A stretch of 64,000 nucleotides of DNA from Candidatus Aeolococcus gillhamiae (lineage in GTDB: Bacteria > Chloroflexota > Dormibacteria > Aeolococcales > Aeolococcaceae), in contig QHBU01000153.1 in assembly GCA_003244045.1 (NCBI GenBank), positions 67-64,066 on the forward strand, written 5' to 3'. A model generated the notes under the pieces. That model was not told the DNA's origin. It was given only the letters and a program-made list of their open reading frames with translations, and ran no database searches. Shown here one piece after another: positions 1-6,768 of the stretch; the first letter of the stretch is position 1; each line of letters opens with the position of its first letter. Position numbers and translations under genes: made by a program.

Positions 1-582
1 GCACGTCTGCAGGGTCAGCAACGGGACAGGCGAGAACTCGGTGATCCACGAGGTGTCGTTCCACGCGGTCCGCCCGACCACGCGCGAGATGTGCAGAGTT
101 CGCAGCACCCCGGTCGTGTAGTTGTGAAGCACGACCTCCTGGTTCGTCCTCGCGTAGAGAAGCGTGCCGAACATGCCGCGCAGGCCGTGGGCGTACAGGT
201 AGCTGTTGCCCCCATTACCTGGATCGGCCGTGCCCGGGTAGTGGAGCGCCACCCAGTCGGGAATGGTGTCCGATCCGTCGCCGTCCCGGATCGGAAGGGC
301 GATGCCGAGGGAGGCCACCTCGATCCACAGACCTGTCCGGGGCACGTCGGGTGGCGACGGGGACGCCGAGTGGGAAGCGGCGTACGCGTTGATGGGGTCC
401 GAGGGCTGATCGAGGAGCAGCGCCGGCGTGTGCATGAACTGGATCGCGAAAACGATCCCGACCACGGCCGCGGCCAGGCCTCCGAGCGCGACCACGCGCC
501 GTGTCCACCTCACCCAGGCGGGTGCGCGCTTCGACCCGGGGCCGAAGCGCCACTCGATCTCCGGGCGCCCCTCGTCAGCCAT
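1..582 (-). CDS. sortase-family transpeptidase (3' end cut by window edge)
   Basis: Not in the ORF track because it runs off the window. Hand translation of the minus strand from ATG 582-580 gives MADEGRPEIEWRF... It has a TM anchor LGGLAAAVVGIVFAI, a His region YLYAHG, and the catalytic LTLQTC encoded by nt 1-18. It starts 7 nt after the stop of the upstream surface-protein gene. Confidence 0.75.
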   Translation of the reverse strand, partial: MADEGRPEIEWRFGPGSKRAPAWVRWTRRVVALGGLAAAVVGIVFAIQFMHTPALLLDQPSDPINAYAASHSASPSPPDVPRTGLWIEVASLGIALPIRDGDGSDTIPDWVALHYPGTADPGNGGNSYLYAHGLRGMFGTLLYARTNQEVVLHNYTTGVLRTLHISRVVGRTAWNDTSWITEFSPVPLLTLQTC

Positions 583-588
583 GGAACG

Positions 589-1449
589 TTACCGGCGCAG
601 GCGACGCCGTAGCAGCGCGGGACCGACTCCAGCGAGAACAGCCAGCAGTAGGCCGGCGCCTGTCAGCAGGGTGGCAGCCACCGGGAACGGGTGCTCCGGG
701 CCGCCGGTGAACGGTGTCTTGGTGGCGGCTGCCTGGACCGCGCCGGTCGGTGTGGGCGCGGGCGTGGAGGTCACGCCACCCACACCACCGCCACCGCCGC
801 CCCCTCCACTGCCGCCGCCACTAGGCGTCGGGCTGGGGGATGGCTTAGGCGTGGCCGAAGGGATCGGGAGCGCGGGCGCACATCCGCCGACCACGGGAAG
901 CGCGGCGGCACCCACACAGGACCCCGGCCCGCTGACCCCCATAGGGGCTGCCGGGCCACACGTCGGTTTCCCAACGATTGGGGGAAAGACCGGGCACTGA
1001 ATTGCGTTCTGGGTCACCGAGGTTCCGGCCTTTGTGCCATGCGGTATGGACAGCGTTTCTACGCCCAAAACGTTGTTCCCGACGGCGGGGCCGGTCGTGA
1101 CCGTCCAGGTGCAGGCGTTGTTGCTAATGAGGGCGCTCGTCGAGTACGCGAAGGGCGAGGTGACGGTTGTGCCCACGCACCCGGAAACGACGGCGTTTTC
1201 CGGTGCCGACGGCGCGACGGTGAACTGATCCCCCTGAGCTAGCGCCCCAAAAATGGAGACGATGCAAAAGTCTTGCTGTCCCGGCTGGGCCGCGCCACCA
1301 GGGCCAGGCCCGGTGCATGTCTTGGTCGGAATCCCCTGAGCCGCGGCGTGCTGAGATCCGAGAACCATCCCCGCCCCGACTGCGATTGCGCCCCCCAGGA
1401 CCACCGCGGCCAAGCCGCGTCGAAGCCTACTGCTGGTTGTGCCCGCCAT
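589..1449 (-). CDS. secreted cell-wall-anchored surface protein (likely sortase substrate)
   Basis: Signal peptide MAGTTSSRLRRGLAAVVLGGAIAVGAGMVLGSQHAAAQG. Pro/Ser/Thr/Gly stalk (PSPSPTPSGGGSGGGGGGGGVGG). C-terminal sorting-signal architecture: TPFTGG, then hydrophobic VAATLLTGAGLLLAVLAGV, then RRRLRR. Confidence 0.7.
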   Translation of the reverse strand: MAGTTSSRLRRGLAAVVLGGAIAVGAGMVLGSQHAAAQGIPTKTCTGPGPGGAAQPGQQDFCIVSIFGALAQGDQFTVAPSAPENAVVSGCVGTTVTSPFAYSTSALISNNACTWTVTTGPAVGNNVLGVETLSIPHGTKAGTSVTQNAIQCPVFPPIVGKPTCGPAAPMGVSGPGSCVGAAALPVVGGCAPALPIPSATPKPSPSPTPSGGGSGGGGGGGGVGGVTSTPAPTPTGAVQAAATKTPFTGGPEHPFPVAATLLTGAGLLLAVLAGVGPALLRRRLRR

Positions 1450-1611
1450 GGATATCCCTCCTCATGACGGTCGAGGCGCGCTTCTCCGCCCCCCGGCGTC
1501 CCTTACGGAACATCCGCCCGGAACGGACTGTACCTGTCGCGTACTTCGTATGCAAGCGAGTGGCGCGATTCGCCCGGTTGGCCGACCTCTACGCGACCGC
1601 TCATGCCCTGC

Positions 1612-1809
1612 CTAGGACCGCGTGGCAGGGTGCTCCAGTCGCTTGAGCAACCATCTGACCGCGCGCGGCGCGGCGACGGTTCCTTTGAGATCTGTTTCGT
1701 GGTCCTCCTCTCCGTCCCCGAAGAGCCACAGCAGGCGGCGACTGTCGCCCGGGGCCCTCTCCCACGCAACTCCCGGGGCAGGGGCATCGTCGGCAGGACT
1801 GCGTTTCAT
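1612..1809 (-). CDS. small hypothetical protein
   Basis: 65-aa ORF with an AAGGA Shine-Dalgarno-like sequence about 9 nt upstream of the ATG. No recognisable family. Confidence 0.3.
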   Translation of the reverse strand: MKRSPADDAPAPGVAWERAPGDSRRLLWLFGDGEEDHETDLKGTVAAPRAVRWLLKRLEHPATRS

Positions 1810-2064
1810 GGGGGCATCCTTGAATTGCTACGAGCCGGGTGGCGACCTCACTGCGGGCAACGTGACCGCTCGTTCCTTCCGACTGTACGGGCGCGACGCG
1901 AGCGCGTCGTCGCGGCCGCGCTACCTAACAAGACCGTCCCTGTGACGATGACCCAGCCCCTGAGCGCCCGGCTCCGATGCGAGGCGACCCCCGACGGAAC
2001 GAAGGGTTTGACGCTTTTGGTGGGTTGCGCTAGAGTTCCCCTTGGACTAGCCGGAGGGGGAAAA

Positions 2065-2241
2065 GTGGGCTACCTGATCAACTGCGCTGCGTGCGGCGGG
2101 CCGCATCCTGTCGATGCCCCGTCGTGCAAGGCGCGCACTTCCAACGCTGCGACGCCGACTCCGTATCGGCAGGCGGAGGCCGACCGTATGGAACGCCTGG
2201 CGATCGCTCGTCACGACGCGACCCGCCAGAAGCACGCGTAA
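2065..2241 (+). CDS. small hypothetical protein (58 aa)
   Basis: GTG start preceded by a strong SD, GGAGGGGG (2053-2060). This is the C-terminal part of track ORF 1603..2241; the rest of that ORF looks non-coding. Sequence VGYLINCAACGGPHPVDAPSCK... Confidence 0.35.
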   Translation: MGYLINCAACGGPHPVDAPSCKARTSNAATPTPYRQAEADRMERLAIARHDATRQKHA

Positions 2242-2395
2242 GGGCGCGTCCTCCGCGGCTTTCGGCCGTCCGATCGGAGATGCATCGCTTCGGTCGCCCT
2301 GGTGCTTGAGAGAAGCAACTGAAGGCACATTGCTGTCACGTTTGCGATCAAGCCGCGCTCATAACGTGGGCGCTTTCCTCGAAACCTCGAGGTTG

Positions 2396-2414
2396 GTCGG
2401 GAAGGGGAGATTCG
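2396..2414. repeat. attL: 19-bp direct repeat GTCGGGAAGGGGAGATTCG (copy of the tRNA-Pro 3' end)
   Basis: Identical to 18049-18067. Flanks diverge immediately on both sides (g/t upstream, c/a downstream). Confidence 0.8.
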
Positions 2415-2425
2415 CGTCAAACTCA

Positions 2426-2515
2426 CTCAGCGCGTCTCAGCGGTTCTCAGAGTGCCCTTGCGTACCAAGGATTTCGGCGTTTGGCCGTCTCAGCACGTCT
2501 CACCGTTTCTCCGAG
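2426..2515. repeat. two imperfect 27-bp direct repeats just inside attL
   Basis: R1 2426-2452 is ctcagcgcgtctcagcggttctcagag. R2 2489-2515 is ctcagcacgtctcaccgtttctccgag. They match at 23/27 positions with starts 63 bp apart. Confidence 0.5.
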
Positions 2516-2517
2516 CG

Positions 2518-2539
2518 TTGTCGTCAGCTACTGTCGTCA
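2518..2539 (+). promoter_or_regulatory. tandem pair of 9-mer CTGTCGTCA (putative arm-type recombinase/Xis site, left arm)
   Basis: ttgtcgtca at 2518-2526 (1 mismatch) and ctgtcgtca at 2531-2539 (exact), 13-bp period. The same motif pair occurs at 17974-17994 and, inverted, at 14084-14105. Confidence 0.5.
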
Positions 2540-2593
2540 GGCGAGTTCGCGGCCTTAGTGGGCGAGAGCCACGACAGCGAGCTACGCCTCGCC

Positions 2594-3682
2594 TCAATCC
2601 GACGCAGGAAGGCGCCAGCCAACCCGGGTCAGGCGCCCCCACGCCGAGTGAAGGTCGCGGCGGAAGCGCCATTTGCTCCGGGGGCCGTCGTCGTGGCTGC
2701 CATACCTGCCGCGCTTGCGGCCGGGGCCGGCGTTCCACTGCTTGCGCCAGTCTTCCCAGGGTGGCTTGCCATCGCCGTACCCGTGGTCGAGCGCGAACCG
2801 GGCGAGCGCCTGGGACTTGTCGTCTAGCGGACGGACGCGTACGCCGCTGTAGATCGTCGCCCTAGCGCGACCATAGGCGGCTGCAACGTCGGAAGGAGTG
2901 AACGCGGGGTCGACCTCTAACACCAGGCGGGTCGTCGTGTCGGTGATTTCACCTCGATGCAGTCCTCGAAGCTCGGGCTTCCATCGGAACACCCAAGGGA
3001 CCGGCGAGTCGCCGCCGCATACGAGCCAGCGCGTCGCATCCCACGGGCTCCAGCGGTAGCGATCGGCCAACTCTGCGGCCACCTTGGCGACTTCGCCGAG
3101 CAGGCTGCCAGCCGGGACCGCCACGACCCGAACCTCGTCGCCATCTCGATACCACAGCTCTGGGAGCGTCCCCAGGTGTGGGACGAGGGCGGTACGAACC
3201 GCGTCAGCATCGGCGTCTGCCGCGATGTTCAATGCTCGGTAGTAGCGGTCGATGATCCATGTCACCAGCGCCGCGGGTTCCGGCGTCCCGGCTACCTCAC
3301 GGGTGGCCTTCTCCCTACCAGCCTTCCTGAGTGCGGCCCGCCGGGATAAGCCGTCGATCTTCGCCCGGAGGTGACGAACTGACAGCTCCTGTTCGGCCAG
3401 TTGGGTATACACGCGGGCGAGCTGCCGGATTCGATCCTCCTGCCACCCCTTCGGCGCGCGTTCAACATGATCGATCGGCTGACGAGTGGTGCGGAAGACT
3501 CTGCGATGCTTTCTGACCGCTTCGGCGGCCCCCTTCGCGCCGCCCTCCTGCCACTCGATGTCATCCGTGTAGCTCTCGTCCTCCAACCAAGCCCACACGG
3601 CGTCGGTTATGGGGCCCCGTAGCTCCCGCTCTATCTCGGCGCGACAATCCGGCGACATAAGCCTATCGTAACCCGCCGGCAT
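2594..3682 (-). CDS. hypothetical element protein, divergent from the Xis-type gene (candidate regulator)
   Basis: Track ORF 2594..3913 trimmed to the in-frame ATG at 3682 (MPAGYDRLMSPD...). The longer form would fully overlap the HTH gene on the other strand. No family recognised. Confidence 0.6.
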   Translation of the reverse strand: MPAGYDRLMSPDCRAEIERELRGPITDAVWAWLEDESYTDDIEWQEGGAKGAAEAVRKHRRVFRTTRQPIDHVERAPKGWQEDRIRQLARVYTQLAEQELSVRHLRAKIDGLSRRAALRKAGREKATREVAGTPEPAALVTWIIDRYYRALNIAADADADAVRTALVPHLGTLPELWYRDGDEVRVVAVPAGSLLGEVAKVAAELADRYRWSPWDATRWLVCGGDSPVPWVFRWKPELRGLHRGEITDTTTRLVLEVDPAFTPSDVAAAYGRARATIYSGVRVRPLDDKSQALARFALDHGYGDGKPPWEDWRKQWNAGPGRKRGRYGSHDDGPRSKWRFRRDLHSAWGRLTRVGWRLPASD

Positions 3683-3694
3683 AGTCTCTGAGCC

Positions 3695-3907
3695 ATGGAG
3701 AGCACCACCGCACCCCGCAGCGCCACCGACACCCCACTTCGACTCCTCGTCCCTGTTGCTGAGGCGAAGCGCCTCCTCGGCGACATCTCGACCGCGACCT
3801 TCTACAGGCTTACGGGGTCGGGTCGCCTGCGTTCCGTCCGCGTAGGTGGGAGGCGCTTCGTCCGCCGTGGCGACCTCGACCGTTTCGTCGCCGATCTGGA
3901 CGAGTAG
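3695..3907 (+). CDS. excisionase-family / MerR-like helix-turn-helix DNA-binding protein
   Basis: LLVPVAEAKRLLGDISTATFYRLTGSGRLRSVRVGGRRFVRRGDLDRFV matches the HTH_17/Xis pattern (L..eAa.lLg.s..T.yrl...G.l....iG.r..i....l..f). Confidence 0.7.
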   Translation: MESTTAPRSATDTPLRLLVPVAEAKRLLGDISTATFYRLTGSGRLRSVRVGGRRFVRRGDLDRFVADLDE

Positions 3908-5386
3908 GTGCAAACACCCCCGGGCGATACCGCCACAATCGAGCGCGAGTACAGCGTCGGGCCCAACCTGCGCCTACGCGACGAAAGGGCACTCGAGCTT
4001 GCAGACCTGGCGCTCGCTGGATCGGCCGCACCAGTCTGCGACGTTGCCCGATTGCTGGGTGCGGTTCGTGCAGTCCTGCGGCGCTATCTCGTGCTGCCCG
4101 GAGACCACTTCTATGACGTGGTGACACTGTGGATCGCTCATGCTCACGCTGTCGCGGCCGCGGACACTTCACCGCGCCTGATCTTCAAAAGCCCCGAGAA
4201 GGAGTCGGGCAAGACCCGCTGCCTCGAGCTGCTCGAGTTGCTAGTCCCGGCGCCGCTGACAGTCGTTAGCGTCACCACGACCGCCATCTTCCGACTCCTC
4301 AAGCAGGAGCAATGCACGGTCCTCCTCGATGAGTGCGACGCCGTCTTCAGTCCCAAAGCCGGTAATTACGAAGACCTGCGCGCTCTGTTGAACGCCGGCT
4401 ACCGGCGTGGCGCCACTGTTGCCCGCGTTGTCGGTGACGGCAAGCGGATGCATGTCGACCGGTTTCCCGTCTTCGCAGCCACCGCGCTTGCCGCCATCGG
4501 TGATCTGCCAGACACCATCGAGTCGCGGTCGATCATCGTGCCCATGCGCCGCCGCGCACCCAGCGAGGCCGTCGAGAAGTTCCGGCACCGCCGCGTCGAC
4601 CTCGAACTCGCGGATCTGCGCGAGGGATTGGTTGAGTGGTCCGCAGCTCAGAGCGAATCGCTGGGCAACGCGAGGCCGTCGATGCCGGAAGCCCTCGAGG
4701 ACCGGGCCGAGGACTGCTGGGAGCCGCTGATCGCGATCGCTGATCTCGCCGGCGCGGAATGGGGTCGGCGAGCTCGCGAAGCAGCCGTGACGGTGGTCAA
4801 GGGTCGGGTAGCGGAGGATGCCAGCGTCGGCGTGCGCCTTCTCGCCGACCTCCGCGTGGTCATGGATGGGCACGACCGCATGCCCAGCGCCGCACTGTGT
4901 GCTGCGCTCAACGGTCTCGAGGAGTCCGGCTGGAGTGCGTGGAACGACGGCAAGGGCATCGGCCAGCGCGACCTGGCCAGGCGGCTGAAGCAGCACCGCA
5001 TCGCCTCGCACAACATCAAGCTATCGGACGGCACTGTGCCCAAGGGGTACTTGCGCACCGACTTCTCGGATGCATGGTGCCGCTACCTTCGGGATACCCC
5101 CGCTACCTCCGCTACCACCGCTACCCGGGTACGAGTTGACGTAGCGCCTGTAGCGCATGTAGCGGACACCACGGGAGAGGACTTCACCGTCATTGACGCG
5201 CTGTTCGCGCCAGACGAGGACCGTCCGCTGTCCGACGTCATCCACCGCCCGGCCTGTCCGCGATGCGGCAGCACTGCGGCGTCTATGCTGCGAGCCGGCG
5301 ATGCCGCCGCACTCTGCGCACGCTGCACGCCCGAGCCGCAGAGCCGGTGGCGAGGCCCCCGAGGCGGTCGCGTCATGACCGGATGA
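3908..5386 (+). CDS. DUF3631-like P-loop protein (replication/primase-associated protein of actinobacterial integrative elements)
   Basis: Walker-A-like SPEKESGKTRCLELLELL and Walker-B-like TVLLDECDAVF. The stretch ALLNAGYRRGATVARVVGDG...FPVFAATALAAIGDLPDTIESRSIIVPMRR is typical of DUF3631. C-terminal Zn-ribbon CPRCGS...CARC. GTG start abuts the stop of the HTH gene. Confidence 0.7.
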   Translation: MQTPPGDTATIEREYSVGPNLRLRDERALELADLALAGSAAPVCDVARLLGAVRAVLRRYLVLPGDHFYDVVTLWIAHAHAVAAADTSPRLIFKSPEKESGKTRCLELLELLVPAPLTVVSVTTTAIFRLLKQEQCTVLLDECDAVFSPKAGNYEDLRALLNAGYRRGATVARVVGDGKRMHVDRFPVFAATALAAIGDLPDTIESRSIIVPMRRRAPSEAVEKFRHRRVDLELADLREGLVEWSAAQSESLGNARPSMPEALEDRAEDCWEPLIAIADLAGAEWGRRAREAAVTVVKGRVAEDASVGVRLLADLRVVMDGHDRMPSAALCAALNGLEESGWSAWNDGKGIGQRDLARRLKQHRIASHNIKLSDGTVPKGYLRTDFSDAWCRYLRDTPATSATTATRVRVDVAPVAHVADTTGEDFTVIDALFAPDEDRPLSDVIHRPACPRCGSTAASMLRAGDAAALCARCTPEPQSRWRGPRGGRVMTG

Positions 5387-5555
5387 CCCCACGCACGTGC
5401 CGGAGAGCTGGTCAGGCTCACAGTTACCTAACCCGCTACAAACACACAGGCACGTGGTTGAGCCCGATGGCGCCGATGTATATCCCCGCGTGAGGACCGC
5501 TTCTGCCGCGCACTTTGCCGCCCCGCGCTCACACATTCACCGAGGAACACAGATC

Positions 5556-6017
5556 ATGCCAAGAATTGCCAAGTCCCGCGGCGGACCGCGAGGGCCCGTT
5601 CCGAAGCGATCCGACCAGAGGCTGGGTCACGGCAGTCCATCGCGGATGCAGACCGTCCGGGCTCCGGCGACCTCGCCGATCAAGGTTCTCGAGCCGGACC
5701 CCGCGTGGCACCCATTGATTCAGCGGTGGTTTCGCTCGTTGACCACCTCCGGTCAGCACGTCTTCTACGAGGATTCCGATTGGGCGCTCGCGGCAGTCAT
5801 GGCTGAGCGTGAGAGTAAGAACCTGCTCAGCCCCCGGCCGTCCGCCCAGGCGTCGGCCCTCTTTCTGTCGGTTCAGAGCGACCTTTTGACAAGCGAGGGT
5901 GCTCGACGGCGGCTGCGAATCGAGTTGCAGCGCGACCAGCCGGAGGAGCCGCCGAGCGTTGCGATCATGCGGAACTATCGGGCGCGTTTGGGGGGTGACC
6001 ATGCCGCTTCCGCGTGA
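5556..6017 (+). CDS. phage terminase small-subunit-like protein
   Basis: ATG 5556 with SD GAGGAA at 5542-5547. The N-terminal GPRGPVPKRSDQRLGH and later W.PL...WFRSL..SGQ...YEDSDWA pattern resemble actinophage TerS proteins. This recognition is from memory. Confidence 0.5.
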   Translation: MPRIAKSRGGPRGPVPKRSDQRLGHGSPSRMQTVRAPATSPIKVLEPDPAWHPLIQRWFRSLTTSGQHVFYEDSDWALAAVMAERESKNLLSPRPSAQASALFLSVQSDLLTSEGARRRLRIELQRDQPEEPPSVAIMRNYRARLGGDHAASA

Positions 6018-6306
6018 CCTCGATCTCACCCCTCACGGCGGCCTCGACTCAACCATCCGCGATCTCTTCGCGCAGCGCGCTTCCGAGATCGCAGCAGTGG
6101 ACGAGGAGGCGTTGCCCGACTTGATCGCCGCAGCCGGCGCGACACTTGCCAACGGAGACGAGGATAACCTAGCCAGAGTCGCTGCGGGCTTGCTTTGGAT
6201 GGCATTGCGACATCGTCAACTCGGAGCGAGCGATCTCGAGGTCCATGCCCTCCTTCGGCGTTGGGCCGACATCCTCGTTCAAGACACAGGAGGCGAAAGC
6301 GAATAG
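6001..6306 (+). CDS. hypothetical protein (101 aa)
   Basis: ATG 6001 overlaps the end of the TerS-like gene by 17 nt. Acidic, Ala/Leu-rich and coding-like. No family recognised. Confidence 0.45.
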   Translation: MPLPRDLDLTPHGGLDSTIRDLFAQRASEIAAVDEEALPDLIAAAGATLANGDEDNLARVAAGLLWMALRHRQLGASDLEVHALLRRWADILVQDTGGESE

Positions 6307-6309
6307 GCG

Positions 6310-6693
6310 TCAGGCGCGCACTGCTATTGCCTCGTCCGCGAGTCGAGCCAGAACGCTGAGCGCCGCTAGATGCTCCAAGGCTTCCTGCTCGCCCGGCTGC
6401 TCGTGGAAGTGTGTCGCAAGATTGTCGATGAACATCGTGCACCCGACGCCGAGATGCAGCGCCCCTCGTGTGCGCTTCTGCCAATCCTCCGTCTACTTGG
6501 TACTTGCCGAAGCGGAGGCGGGGCCGCCCAGGTCTCGGATCGTCGCTGCTGAATGCCGCCTGAATAGACGGCTTCCTGTTACGTCGTTCCTGCCAAGCCT
6601 CGCCCGAACGACGATGTCCAGTTGGGTGGCCGCGGCCTGTATGGCCTCGCGGCTGCCGGCTGCGTTCCACACTACCGGGTGAAGGCCCGTCAC
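6310..6693 (-). pseudogene. TIGR02391 (Hypoth_Ymh)-family gene interrupted by an in-frame TAG
   Basis: One frame reads MTGLHPVVWNAAGSREAIQAAATQLDIVVRARLG...STK, then TAG (6493-6495), then TEDWQKRTRGALHLGVGCTMFIDNLATHFHEQPGEQEALEHLAALSVLARLADEAIAVRA and a stop. The LHP start, A..A...L...VR, G..L and the (F)I.N..TH...EA.E.L...S.L.RL layout fit the family. Confidence 0.5.
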
Positions 6694-6768
6694 TGCGAGG
6701 GACGGGAGCGAGGAATTTCTCTACGAGGGTTGCGGAGGAGGGAAGAAATCCGGGCATCATTACGCCCG

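Noticed and set aside
770-830. Gly-run (GGGSGGGGGGGGVGG) in the surface protein as a phase-variation tract
   Set aside because: The underlying DNA uses mixed GGN/CCN codons (ccaccgccaccgccgccccctccactgccgccgcc) and is not a homopolymer or perfect short tandem repeat.
2114-2827. 237-aa ORF spanning attL
   Set aside because: It crosses the element boundary and the repeat-rich non-coding arm. Its translation merely mirrors the 27-bp DNA repeats (SQRFSE / SHRFSE).
3683-3913. Upstream 77 codons of track ORF 2594..3913 (-)
   Set aside because: This part lies exactly antisense to the well-supported Xis-type HTH gene (3695-3907). An in-frame ATG at 3682 gives a non-overlapping gene.
6622-6768. N-terminal 49-aa extension of the giant ORF (MGGRGLYGLAAAGCVPHYRVKARHCEGRERG...)
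   Set aside because: It is Arg/Gly-rich and non-protein-like. The conserved RecB-like N-terminus (YVAKQCPVR) starts right after the ATG at 6769. The extension would also overlap the divergent pseudogene's upstream region.
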